The notes beneath the pieces were generated by a model. That model had not been told where the DNA came from. It saw only the letters and a list, made by a program, of their open reading frames with translations, and searched no databases. From a virus (lineage: Duplodnaviria; Caudoviricetes): DNA of 62,469 nucleotides. The position numbers and the translations under genes were made by a program. Below, in pieces: positions 47,750 through 57,133 of this stretch (position 1 is the first letter of the stretch; the number at the start of each line of letters is the position of its first letter). Where the stretch lies: the IMG/VR virus record IMGVR_UViG_3300035101_000006, positions 1 to 62,469 of that record; one strand, written 5' to 3'.

Positions 47750-49549
47750 TCAAGTGATAGCCGAATCTCCCCCATCGTGATTAACCTCCCCTGCCTCATC
47801 CTCTGCCTTGTCAACCGCGGCCTCTAGCGCCCATAGTGCCTGCCGTAGACTATTCGCCGTTATCAGGCGGTTGACCTGATCGAGCGCCCCGCCAAGGCTG
47901 AACTCCTGCGGTTCCTCCGGCGCTTTTGGCGCTGCCCCATCCGGCGCGCCTCCATGCCCCGCGTCGTCCTGCCCTACCTCTACAGGCTCAAGATCGCGTA
48001 TGCCCAAATCCTCCAGGCCGACGACGACCAACTTGGCGAGCGCAATCTGCCCAATCTCCAAGTCAAGTGCGCCATCCGTCATTGCTTTGGCGATAGCATC
48101 CATCAGGCGCGTGATGTTTTCCATTTCCAGGTCCAGCGGGCTTTCTAGCGTGATAACGGCGTCCGTCCTCTTGAACTGTTTGCCGCCGTATTCAGACGCG
48201 AACCACAGCACGATCTCGACCCACTCCTTGAACACGTCCGACCAGAACGTCTGATAGCGCGTCATCTGCTCAAGGCACGGGCGGCTCGACTCGCGCGCCG
48301 TCGCCCTGTTCTGCATTGCGCCGGGAAACCCCATCCAGTGCGGCGGGATCTTTGTACCCGCGCTCACCTGCCCAACCATCAGCATCGCGTCTGCCTCTGC
48401 GTCACTCGCGCCGGTTCCCAACGGGCGCCGTTTGTATTCAACCGCCTTATTGTGGATGAGCTGTGACCCTGCGGCGGCCGGCGGGTTGCGTTCCCACCAA
48501 TCCGATGTAGACGTAAGCGATGATTCAAACTTGCCTTTCACGGCGTCGATTCCCCGGCTCCCCCCGTCCACTATGGCCTCGTCCACGAACGCGGCCACGG
48601 AACGCGCCACAGTCGCCCGGTCCTCTAAGAATCGCTTCAACGCCTTCGACCAGGCCACGGCCCTGCGCAACTGGGGCCAGCCGCGGCCGTTCATCTCGTT
48701 CATTGCCGCGTGCTGCATCACCGCAACCGTGGGCTGTCTCTCCTGTTTCTTTCCACCGACCTGGACGGCAACGGGTTCGCCTGCCACATCAGAGCGCACA
48801 GCGTCTTTCGGGATGTCGCCGGCCTCGGTATGGCGCTGCCAGTAATCGTCAAGCAGGTCGGCATAGCTGCGCTTCGCTTCCCAGTCTGGATAGTAGACTT
48901 TCCCGCTGTCTGTCTTGCGCACGTAGAACAGCGGCACGTCGGCGTCGTCGTCCTCGTAGAGTATCTCGGTGATTTCCTCGGTGAACACGCGCCGGATTAT
49001 CACATCGCCGTCAATGCCACTGCCGGAGAACTCAAAGAACTGCTCGCCGTCCTGTACCTGTTGGTTACTCAGCGCCGCAATCTTGCGCTGTTTCAGCAGC
49101 GGCTTATTGCGCGGGCTGTCCCAAAAGGCAGACCACACGATCTGCGCCTCCGTGTCAATCGGCTTGATCTTGACGCTCTGTCCAAAGCCAAAGTCGGTCC
49201 ACATCTCGACGGCATTGCCAATCTGCACGTCGAAGTTGTAGTAGTAACGGCTTTCGTACACCACGCGCAGGCGGTCCTGCTCGGAAAACTTGAGGTGGTT
49301 GCCCCACCAGCTACCGCTCAAGACCTCCCAGCCCTCCATCTGGACGAGCATATCAATCAGGTGCGGGTCGATTTCTCCCAACTGGCGCACAAGCTCTCGC
49401 GGGGGCAGCAGTGCCGGCCCGCGCTGGAACGCCGTGTCGATGACGTGGCTTATGCGCTCGTTGCGCTCCCTGTACCAATTGCCGCCGACGATCTCGACCG
49501 CCGTGCGGCGCAATCCGTTTTCTCGTATCCTGTCAATGATATTAGGCAT
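47750..49549 (-). CDS. Portal protein
   Basis: 599 aa after TerL; DGEQF, GRGWPQL, IPPHWMG..NRATA. Confidence 0.8.
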   Translation of the reverse strand: MPNIIDRIRENGLRRTAVEIVGGNWYRERNERISHVIDTAFQRGPALLPPRELVRQLGEIDPHLIDMLVQMEGWEVLSGSWWGNHLKFSEQDRLRVVYESRYYYNFDVQIGNAVEMWTDFGFGQSVKIKPIDTEAQIVWSAFWDSPRNKPLLKQRKIAALSNQQVQDGEQFFEFSGSGIDGDVIIRRVFTEEITEILYEDDDADVPLFYVRKTDSGKVYYPDWEAKRSYADLLDDYWQRHTEAGDIPKDAVRSDVAGEPVAVQVGGKKQERQPTVAVMQHAAMNEMNGRGWPQLRRAVAWSKALKRFLEDRATVARSVAAFVDEAIVDGGSRGIDAVKGKFESSLTSTSDWWERNPPAAAGSQLIHNKAVEYKRRPLGTGASDAEADAMLMVGQVSAGTKIPPHWMGFPGAMQNRATARESSRPCLEQMTRYQTFWSDVFKEWVEIVLWFASEYGGKQFKRTDAVITLESPLDLEMENITRLMDAIAKAMTDGALDLEIGQIALAKLVVVGLEDLGIRDLEPVEVGQDDAGHGGAPDGAAPKAPEEPQEFSLGGALDQVNRLITANSLRQALWALEAAVDKAEDEAGEVNHDGGDSAIT

Positions 49550-49739
49550 TGTTGTGTCTACCCCTCAACCCCCGCTTCACCCACCGCTTCACCTGCTGCC
49601 AGCGCCCAGGGCGCGCAGCACTCGGCACCATCTTGGGCAACCGTCGCCATTGTCCATCAACGCACAGGTACTGCACCGCGCCGCCTGTGTGCTCGAACTC
49701 GCGCAGCGTCATTGTTTTGTGCGCCGGTTCAATCATCAT
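49542..49739 (-). CDS. Hypothetical protein
   Basis: 65 aa, coupled. Confidence 0.45.
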   Translation of the reverse strand: MMIEPAHKTMTLREFEHTGGAVQYLCVDGQWRRLPKMVPSAARPGRWQQVKRWVKRGLRGRHNNA

Positions 49740-50061
49740 CCTCCCCCGTCAACTTGAACACTATATGCACAACCAGCTCGTCGTCCTTGCAGCACGGCGG
49801 GCTTACCATCTCAACCAGCGTTATCTCGCCGTCGTATGAATCGGCACCGTCATAGTCCGGCACCACCGTCCAATATATGCTGCTGCTCTCGCAGGCGTGG
49901 ACAGACTGGCACAGCGCCCGGTTTTCATCGCGCGATAACGACAACTCAAAAATAAAGGCGCTGTCGCCCTTGCGCTCGATGTACTTGGCGCTGCCGACCA
50001 GCGCCGGCTCCCCATCTTGGATCTGGAAAAGCTGGTATGGCAAAAGTGCTTTGTTGGTCAT
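49729..50061 (-). CDS. Hypothetical protein
   Basis: GGAGG SD. Confidence 0.55.
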   Translation of the reverse strand: MTNKALLPYQLFQIQDGEPALVGSAKYIERKGDSAFIFELSLSRDENRALCQSVHACESSSIYWTVVPDYDGADSYDGEITLVEMVSPPCCKDDELVVHIVFKLTGEDDD

Positions 50062-50068
50062 CCTCCCC

Positions 50069-50296
50069 CTATGCAATGCACACAACTAGGTTATCCAACT
50101 CCCTATTATATCCGCACTGAAACTCAATACCAGAATGGGTCACAAACGTTTCAAGGCCGATCATTGGTTGCACAAAGTCTACGCGCGTATTTTCAGTTAT
50201 AGGCCATCCACGTAACTTGGCAAATAGAACAGCGCAATCAATCAGGTGTTCTGTGCTCTTTGCAAATGCCATCATCCTCCCCCTAGTAGCTCCCAA
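50069..50296 (-). CDS. Hypothetical protein
   Basis: About 70 aa. Confidence 0.5.
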   Translation of the reverse strand: MGATRGRMMAFAKSTEHLIDCAVLFAKLRGWPITENTRVDFVQPMIGLETFVTHSGIEFQCGYNRELDNLVVCIA

Positions 50297-51578
50297 TCCT
50301 CACCGGGTTATACACCACGCGCCCCTGCTCCTGCTCTGTGTGCGTCAGCCAGGCGACGGCATAGCGCAGGCTGTCCAAGCAGTGAAACTTTTCTTTGTTC
50401 TCTACCTCGTCTTGGAACTCGCCCGTTCGCTTGTTCAGCTTGCGGTGGTATTCCTCGATCTCGCTCAGTAGTTGCTTGCAGGTGTCGTGTATGACCAGGC
50501 TGTCGGTTTGCAGCAAGTCCAGCACCCGGTCAATGCCCACCCAAAAGTCGGCTATTGGCGGGTCTACAACCGGGATGCCGGCCGCCTGGAACTCCACGCG
50601 CCAGTCGCGTTCTGACTTTGCCCCACACACCCAGGCGAACACCGGCCCTCCTTGCGTCTCTGATAACACCTTCTCCGCAAAGTGCTGCACCGTCGAACCG
50701 AACGGCAGCACCAACTCCCTGTAAACGTGCAGCCTGTTACCTTGCGGATCGTAGGCCAGCCACAGCGCCGCCCGCTTTGCGCCGGCCGGGTCGATGCCCA
50801 CCACTCGCGGCCACTGTCGCGGTATCTCGAACGCAGCTGCGAGGTGCTTTCCGTACTCGCCATCTTCCCGCAGGCCGTCGAAGTGCTCGCCATAGATGCT
50901 GCCCTCCGGTGCTGCCCACAGGCCGTATCTGTACCGCTTCTTCAGCGCCCCCGTCAGCCTGTCCAGCGCCCCTATGCGCTGCTTGCCCTGCTCCGTGATT
51001 TCGCCCGTTCTCTGGTCGTACAGGTCGGGGTTGTCCCTGTGTCTTGAATTGAACAGCGTCAACAGGCCGGATTTCGCCCGCTGGCGTATCCAGTGCGACG
51101 GGGGGCCAGGGTTGCAATCGCCGATCACCTGCGGGTGCGGTATGTGCCCCGCGCGGCCGGTCGCCCGCATCGTCAGCATTTGCCAGTCCATCACAGTCAA
51201 CTCTTCGGCCTGGTTGACGTAGACGCCATCGAACTGGCCTGATAGCACCTTGGTTGACTTGTCCATCCCCGCAACCCACACGCGGGAACCGTTGGGGTAG
51301 TCATACCATTGCGCCTTCTCGCCACCGTATATTGTGACGGTCGGGTCTATTATCTCATTCTGCCAGGTTTGCAGTACTGTTGAGTACGTGTCGGTGAGTT
51401 GTTTACGTGCTATGACAAAGCTGGCGTCGTCGTACTTGTGCGCCAGCCAATGGAATTTCGTTAAAAACGTGATCGTCTTGCCGGTGTCTGCCGGCCCCGC
51501 CAGTATGACTTCCTGGTCGTGGCAGAGGTAGGCGCGGCGGTTCTCGCCGTAGACGATGGGAAGGTGTATTTTCTCAAT
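50283..51578 (-). CDS. terL: Terminase large subunit (non-canonical start)
   Basis: Frame extends ~100 codons upstream of the track ORF and contains Walker A GPADTGKT; NQAEE, GDCNP, GIDP, HCLDSLRY. Confidence 0.9.
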   Translation of the reverse strand: MEKIHLPIVYGENRRAYLCHDQEVILAGPADTGKTITFLTKFHWLAHKYDDASFVIARKQLTDTYSTVLQTWQNEIIDPTVTIYGGEKAQWYDYPNGSRVWVAGMDKSTKVLSGQFDGVYVNQAEELTVMDWQMLTMRATGRAGHIPHPQVIGDCNPGPPSHWIRQRAKSGLLTLFNSRHRDNPDLYDQRTGEITEQGKQRIGALDRLTGALKKRYRYGLWAAPEGSIYGEHFDGLREDGEYGKHLAAAFEIPRQWPRVVGIDPAGAKRAALWLAYDPQGNRLHVYRELVLPFGSTVQHFAEKVLSETQGGPVFAWVCGAKSERDWRVEFQAAGIPVVDPPIADFWVGIDRVLDLLQTDSLVIHDTCKQLLSEIEEYHRKLNKRTGEFQDEVENKEKFHCLDSLRYAVAWLTHTEQEQGRVVYNPVRIGSY

Positions 51579-52035
51579 CGCCAGTCTCCGCGTCGGGGTC
51601 GATGCCTACGAGTTGGACGTTTGCTCTCAAATCAACCTCGCTTCTATCCACAAACTTGCCGTGTATCTTGGCAATGTCCCGCAGTGCGCCCTGTGCGTCG
51701 TAGAATTCGTATTCTTTGCCGTCGCGCGTCTCGCGGATTTTCTTGACGAGGTATCCTTTTCCGTCCGCAACCAGCTTCTGAATGTCAAGCGTTCCGTCCT
51801 CTTTGACATACTTGCCCCATTCCCCACGCGCCATCTCAGAGATGCGCGCCAGCGCCTCGTCAGCGTCCATCACAAGGTCAGCCATCCGGGCGGCTATTTC
51901 TTTTTCAAACTTCTTTGCCTTTTCTGGCCCCTGTTTATCTGGCCACTTGTAATCGGCGCGGCGTGCGGCCTCTGTTGCGTTGAAACCGCACTGAAAGTAA
52001 TACTCAAGCCACGCCTTCTCCTTGTTGCTTGCCAC
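51574..52035 (-). CDS. terS: Terminase small subunit
   Basis: FNATEAARRADY...ADEALARISEMAR...YDAQGAL. Confidence 0.85.
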   Translation of the reverse strand: MASNKEKAWLEYYFQCGFNATEAARRADYKWPDKQGPEKAKKFEKEIAARMADLVMDADEALARISEMARGEWGKYVKEDGTLDIQKLVADGKGYLVKKIRETRDGKEYEFYDAQGALRDIAKIHGKFVDRSEVDLRANVQLVGIDPDAETGD

Positions 52036-52077
52036 TGTTTCCCCTAGTTTTTACTAGTTTCTGGAATCGTTTATCCA

Positions 52078-52251
52078 CTACGCCACAAATTGCAAGGTGT
52101 GTTCAACCTTGCGCGTATTGCCAGAGGCACGACAAATAGTGCATAGTCCCGGCCTCGTGGTCAAAAAGTCACATAGCGGACAAGTCCAGAACAATTCGTA
52201 CTTTCTATCTGGATGCTTCCTCTCTGTGGTTTTTACTGAGCTATTACTCAT
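52078..52251 (-). CDS. Small zinc-finger protein (57 aa)
   Basis: WTCPLC...CTIC. Confidence 0.45.
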   Translation of the reverse strand: MSNSSVKTTERKHPDRKYELFWTCPLCDFLTTRPGLCTICRASGNTRKVEHTLQFVA

Positions 52252-52354
52252 CGCTCACGCCCCGCCGTCATCACCCACGCAAACACTAGCGGGGTCAGTA
52301 CTGTTAGCGCCCCGAGCGCCCACAGCACAGCACCCCACACACGCAGGGGGAGGG

Positions 52355-53074
52355 TCATTCCTTCGGCCTCAGTAGTCGCATCCCGCAGATCGCGCTCTCG
52401 AACGGCTTGCTCACGCCCAGGCTGTACCACACCAGCCTGTATCGCTCCAACAGGTAGCACTTCGTACCATCCCACGGGTCGGCAATGAGTACGTCGTTCT
52501 TTTCCTCGTTCCACTCAAGCGCAACCGCAAAGTGCTGGTTAAACTTCTGCGTGGTCGGCCTAAAGTCAACCTCAATGATAACCGGCCCCTTTGCCAACTC
52601 CGCGAAAAATAAATTTTTATCGGCTGCCGTCTTGTGCCAATTGTACCACCCGTAATACCCCAGGCCGGGGTAGGCCAGCGGTATCTTCTCCGGGTATGTC
52701 AGCAGTTCCGGTTTTGCCTCGTTGAAACACCCCACGCGCCGCAGCTCATCTGCCACCTGCGGCGGTTCCTCGATGCTGCCCGCCAAACTCGCCACCATCG
52801 CCACGCAGGTGATGTAGCATCCAGAGCCACCGATCGTGTAACCCGGCGCGTACTCGATGTATCGCCATCGGTCGTCACGCTGGCTGTATAGCGTCATCGG
52901 CGGCGTCAGCGGCACAAGCTCCACTGGCTCTGACGGTTGCGGGGTATAAGTTGCGTCGCCTTCGATATGATAATTGCCGTCGCTCCCCTCAATAATGAGG
53001 TTTACGCCGGTGATTTTACCGCCGATCATATCCAACCAGCCGCCGATGGGGAGAATGTTTTCCTGGTCGGTCAT
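52355..53074 (-). CDS. C39-like cysteine peptidase (candidate endolysin)
   Basis: YSQRDDRW, GCYITCVAM, QHF, ADPW. Confidence 0.75.
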   Translation of the reverse strand: MTDQENILPIGGWLDMIGGKITGVNLIIEGSDGNYHIEGDATYTPQPSEPVELVPLTPPMTLYSQRDDRWRYIEYAPGYTIGGSGCYITCVAMVASLAGSIEEPPQVADELRRVGCFNEAKPELLTYPEKIPLAYPGLGYYGWYNWHKTAADKNLFFAELAKGPVIIEVDFRPTTQKFNQHFAVALEWNEEKNDVLIADPWDGTKCYLLERYRLVWYSLGVSKPFESAICGMRLLRPKE

Positions 53075-53340
53075 TATGCCCCTATTCCGCCGCGCTCTGT
53101 TACAAACTGCACCCACTCATCACCATCAAGCGACTTCATAGCCTGCATTTCTTCCGTGATTTCCTCTGGCGTCAATATGCGTGGATAAAATGCCCACCGC
53201 TCAATCGGGCCGCTATACATAACCGGGCGCGTGCCGTGCATCACGCCGCACGGGGAGCTGAACGTCCATTCCTGCTCTGTGCGCCAGGCTGGAATAGCGG
53301 GGGCGCTCGGGTCCCACCAGCAGCACTTGCAATCACACAT
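53074..53340 (-). CDS. Hypothetical protein
   Basis: 88 aa, TAATG coupling. Confidence 0.5.
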   Translation of the reverse strand: MCDCKCCWWDPSAPAIPAWRTEQEWTFSSPCGVMHGTRPVMYSGPIERWAFYPRILTPEEITEEMQAMKSLDGDEWVQFVTERGGIGA

Positions 53341-53855
53341 TATCCGCCGCCTTCGCCTGGCGTCTTTGCTTTGGCCTCATAATGGCATTTGCTGTGTGCA
53401 ATTTTCTCATTGTTCCTGAACCATCCGGGGCCTGTTCCGTACCACTGCAAACCGAGCACGGATTCATTCCAAGCAAAGCGGCCGCCGCAATAATGGCAAC
53501 GGGAAAAAGCCCACCGCTTGAACTTTTGCAGTGGATGAACCTGAAAGCGCCAATGCCAAAAATGCCAGCGTGGGTGTTGCCACCACTTACGGGAGAGGCC
53601 CTTGTGCAACCTGAACAGTCGCCGGATGCGAGACTTTGCCTCATACTCCGGCATATCTGGAAACCAGCTTTTCAGATTGTCGTACTCATTATCAATCAGC
53701 GCCGCGGCATATCCTACCTCGCGGTCTGACAGATGGGGCCACGCCCACCCACAACTATCCTCGTCGCCACCATTCATCGGGTCAACGTGCCAAATCGTGA
53801 TGAAGTAATGGCCAAAAAGTTTTATTTCGTGCGCTACTGATTCAGGATCGTGCAT
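53340..53855 (-). CDS. Hypothetical Trp/His-rich phage protein
   Basis: MHDP...ITIWHVDP..GDEDSCGW...HPRWHFWHWR. Confidence 0.7.
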   Translation of the reverse strand: MHDPESVAHEIKLFGHYFITIWHVDPMNGGDEDSCGWAWPHLSDREVGYAAALIDNEYDNLKSWFPDMPEYEAKSRIRRLFRLHKGLSRKWWQHPRWHFWHWRFQVHPLQKFKRWAFSRCHYCGGRFAWNESVLGLQWYGTGPGWFRNNEKIAHSKCHYEAKAKTPGEGGG

Positions 53856-53865
53856 TATGCCCCCA

Positions 53866-54100
53866 TACTCCGGTTACACTGTCCGGCTCGTCGTTGGTGG
53901 CGTGAAGCCACCGGCTCTTTGCGACGATGCGCCTACGGACGTCGCCCCTTGGCGGCATCGCAACTGTTCCCGCGCTTGGCGGGTCAGCTAAGCCACCTAC
54001 GCCGCATTCACGGTTTCAGTGGCAAGGTCGCGGCGTTAGCGACTGTGCGAGACGCTAGGCGACTCATTACAGACGCGGGTGCCGCACCCGGTACCCAAGG
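53866..54100 (-). ncRNA. Candidate structured non-coding RNA
   Basis: Largest gap in this operon; multiple stems and a possible pseudoknot. Confidence 0.3.
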
Positions 54101-54103
54101 TTG

Positions 54104-54310
54104 TTAATACGTTCTCCAATTAACCCAGCTTTCATACCACGATGGGCTTTTTGGCCTGATTCCACGACACAGCGCCTTTGCTTGTCTACGCCGCGCCTTA
54201 CTCAATGCGCGCTTCCACCACCTACCCTGCTTTCTTCCTGGCCACGTTGCAGTAAAGCCCAACCAGGGATATTTTTCTCGCAATTCGTCTTGTGCCCGTC
54301 GCCCCATCAC
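54104..54310 (-). CDS. Small basic protein
   Basis: WWKRALSKARRR. Confidence 0.55.
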   Translation of the reverse strand: MMGRRAQDELREKYPWLGFTATWPGRKQGRWWKRALSKARRRQAKALCRGIRPKSPSWYESWVNWRTY

Positions 54311-55314
54311 GCCCCCAACTTCTCCCCCAACTCCGCCGGGCTTGCCGCGTCAATGCATTCCACGACCACGCCGGGGTAGTGCTCCGCGAACCAGGCGCAC
54401 AGGTCGCCGTCCCACAGGTGCGGGTTCACGGCAATGACGCGCCGGTCGTCGAGGTCGGCAATTCCGGCATCGTCTGCGCTCCCGCCGATAGTCCAGCGGC
54501 GTGCGTCCCATCCCGCACCTACCACAGCCTGTGCCCAGGCAGCGCCAGCGCTGGGAGGAAGGAGCACGTAGGTTCTGGCGTATTGCACGCGGGGTTGCCC
54601 CAATAACCCAGGCACGCGCACCGTCACTGCCGGAACGTCCGCGTACTCGTTATAGATGCAGCGTCCCGGCCCCCAAACAACAGAGGCATCAAAGGGGTAC
54701 TGCCCGCCGTCCAGGCCAATGCCCAGGTAAAACGTAAAGTTCCCTATGGCGTCATTTTGCGGGTCGCCGTTCAATGGCGGCACATCTGCCTCGTCCAGCG
54801 CCAGCGCCTCGTAGCCCGCCCCCTCGCTCCACGCCGGGTCGTTGGGGTGGGGGAACCCCGCATCGTTGTGGTTGCTCCAAGCGTGGGCCTTGGCGCGAAA
54901 CGTGAGGTATGCGCCGTCAAGCGTCAACTCGGCGGCGTCCCAATAGGCGTCGTTGTGCCGGAACGGCCACAGCGTCACGGAGCGCAGAAAGACGGTCACA
55001 TCCCTGCCGTTTGGCAGTGTAACCGTCTGCATAAATCCCGCGTCGTGGTTGCGCCCGAAGCTGAATTGACAAACGGCTTGCCGCCCCTCGCTCACGCGGC
55101 CGGGGTACTGATCAGCCGCAAGCAGTTTGACCTCTGGCTGGTCCCAGGCGCCGGGCAAGTGCCTGAACCACGTCAGCCAGCCGGGCGGGGTAAAGATGTT
55201 GCCGGACTCTTTCAGGTATGGCTCGCCGCCGACGGGGAATACCGCAACGTCGTGGCTCCGTTCGTCGCCCCAAGCGGCGTTAAATCCGGGGTTAGTCAGA
55301 AGGTTTATGGTCAC
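54307..55314 (-). CDS. Hypothetical protein with carbohydrate-binding-like N-terminus
   Basis: NLLTNPGF, PPGW, YWDAAEL; C-terminal GQPRVQYARTYVLLPP. Confidence 0.65.
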   Translation of the reverse strand: MTINLLTNPGFNAAWGDERSHDVAVFPVGGEPYLKESGNIFTPPGWLTWFRHLPGAWDQPEVKLLAADQYPGRVSEGRQAVCQFSFGRNHDAGFMQTVTLPNGRDVTVFLRSVTLWPFRHNDAYWDAAELTLDGAYLTFRAKAHAWSNHNDAGFPHPNDPAWSEGAGYEALALDEADVPPLNGDPQNDAIGNFTFYLGIGLDGGQYPFDASVVWGPGRCIYNEYADVPAVTVRVPGLLGQPRVQYARTYVLLPPSAGAAWAQAVVGAGWDARRWTIGGSADDAGIADLDDRRVIAVNPHLWDGDLCAWFAEHYPGVVVECIDAASPAELGEKLGA

Positions 55315-55565
55315 TGCACAACCCTATAAGCGGAGGCGAGCCACTTCCTACCGTCTACTGCCTCGATGTACTTTTTGACTCGCTCCATTTTGCCAGCTTT
55401 CAGCGCCGCGTTTATCCTGCGATTCGCATTAGAATACGAAATGTTCAATAACTCACTAAGCTCCACGGCCGTTTTTGCATTCTGGTCTATTTCACATTCC
55501 TCTATGCCGAGCGCGTCTGAAAAGGCGTCGATCACTTCTGCGTCTGTCAACTCGATGCTGTCCAC
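55311..55565 (-). CDS. Winged-helix DNA-binding protein
   Basis: KTAVELSELLNISYSNANRRI. Confidence 0.6.
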   Translation of the reverse strand: MDSIELTDAEVIDAFSDALGIEECEIDQNAKTAVELSELLNISYSNANRRINAALKAGKMERVKKYIEAVDGRKWLASAYRVVQ

Positions 55566-56386
55566 GCCTTTCTCCTTTTTATCTGTGACCTCTCAACGTC
55601 CCAGGTATACCGCCCACCCCGGCACACAAACCACATCCCGCCCACCGGCTCGATGTGCCCGCCAGCCCCTAGGCGATGCCCGAAAGCGGTTGTCAACTGC
55701 CACGGTGGGCAACTAAAGAATTGCGGTTTTGGCTCTCGCGGCCCCGGCTGCCAGTAGTGGACGTGCCCCCTGATCGCCACATCTGGCGGCCTCTCTCCAT
55801 CGTCGAGGTACTCCGCCCGCAGGATTGCGCCATTTCTCGCGGCGGCCGCCGCTTTCGTCCACGGTCTACGCCCGCTGGTCTGTGGGTGATGGGCGATGTC
55901 AAACCTGACGCCGCCCACCTCCAACGGCAACCACCACCACGAATGCGTGCCGCTTTCTTCATCCGGCGTGGCGTCCAGGTCGCGGGCGATAAGTTCACTC
56001 AAGCAAGCCTGCGGTCCCTCGTGCGCCGGGGTGCCGCGCACTACAAAGAACTCATCTGCAATCTCGCGCAGCCCTTCGAGCACCTTTGCGGCTATCTTTA
56101 CCTCGTCGGAGTCCACGCGGCTGATTAGCCCGCTGCCGTCGTGGGTATTCTTATCCCCCACGTCACCAGCGACCACCACGTACAGCTTGCAATTAAGCGT
56201 TTTCTTCTTGGCGTCGATGATGTTCCGATAGTCGCACCATCGCTGCCAAACCAGGCGCTGCGCCTTGCTGGCCTTGTATGTTCCGCCCGCGTCAAGATTT
56301 ATGGACGGTGGGCAAAGCCCGCGTACTGAGTTCGTGTGCAGGTCTGCCACTACCGCCACTAGCGTTGCCGCTTCGTCGGTATTCAT
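55547..56386 (-). CDS. Calcineurin-like metallophosphoesterase
   Basis: ADLH, AGD, RGTPAH, AHH, GHVH. Confidence 0.8.
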   Translation of the reverse strand: MNTDEAATLVAVVADLHTNSVRGLCPPSINLDAGGTYKASKAQRLVWQRWCDYRNIIDAKKKTLNCKLYVVVAGDVGDKNTHDGSGLISRVDSDEVKIAAKVLEGLREIADEFFVVRGTPAHEGPQACLSELIARDLDATPDEESGTHSWWWLPLEVGGVRFDIAHHPQTSGRRPWTKAAAAARNGAILRAEYLDDGERPPDVAIRGHVHYWQPGPREPKPQFFSCPPWQLTTAFGHRLGAGGHIEPVGGMWFVCRGGRYTWDVERSQIKRRKAWTASS

Positions 56387-56432
56387 AGGTTTGTAAAATT
56401 GCTAATTTTGCCAGCCTCTAAACTGGCGCGCG

Positions 56433-56720
56433 TTACGCCTTCGGCGTCAGCAGATACGCCGCCTGGTTCGCCACCAGCGCGGACAGCAGCACCCCGAGCA
56501 GGCCGAACGCGCCCGCCTCGGTGCATTGCACGGCGTTGATCACGCCGCCGCAACTCAGGCCAAAGATCGCCCCAGCCGCTACAATCAAAAGCACGGCCAT
56601 CACGCCGCGCTTCTTTGTGCTGCCGAGCTTTCCGTACCAATCCTTGAGGCCGGGAATGTAGGAGAATCCCAGGGACAAGGCAATGCCCACAACTCCCGAT
56701 AGTGTCTCAGCAGTAATCAT
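56433..56720 (-). CDS. Holin-like three-TM protein
   Basis: 95 aa with three hydrophobic segments; first gene of the late transcript. Confidence 0.6.
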   Translation of the reverse strand: MITAETLSGVVGIALSLGFSYIPGLKDWYGKLGSTKKRGVMAVLLIVAAGAIFGLSCGGVINAVQCTEAGAFGLLGVLLSALVANQAAYLLTPKA

Positions 56721-56848
56721 AATTTGTCCTGCTCCTTTCTATTCCCCGCGCCGGCGCGGGTTCCTTGGCGGTGCCAGTCGTTGCACCTGTCGGGTACTGC
56801 CCTGTTGCTTGCAACCGTTCGCCGCCTCGGATACTTGCAGTTGCCACT

Positions 56849-56859
56849 ATTATACCACA
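56849..56859 (-). promoter_or_regulatory. Extended -10 (putative late) promoter
   Basis: TGTGGTATAAT just after an HTH gene; no -35 match. Confidence 0.6.
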
Positions 56860-56878
56860 AAACCGGCGCCACTAAAGT

Positions 56879-57133
56879 TCAGTTTCGGCGGCTTGCCACG
56901 TCCCGCACCTTGCCCAGCGCCACCTTGAGCAGGTAACTAACCCCCTGCTGTGTCTTGCCGATGGCGCGGGCGATGGCCAATTCCTCGATCCCGCACCCGC
57001 AGTACATCACGAACGCTATTAACTCGTTGTCCGTCATTGAACGCATCGCCAGGATCACAACATCCTCGGCAAACTGTGCATCCTCTATGTCTGCCTCTAT
57101 GCGCCGCTCTGCGTAGTTGTGCCTTTGCGCCAT
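56879..57133 (-). CDS. Sigma region-4-like HTH regulator (putative late activator)
   Basis: MTDNELIAF...IARAIGKTQQGVSYLLKVALGKVR. Confidence 0.7.
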   Translation of the reverse strand: MAQRHNYAERRIEADIEDAQFAEDVVILAMRSMTDNELIAFVMYCGCGIEELAIARAIGKTQQGVSYLLKVALGKVRDVASRRN

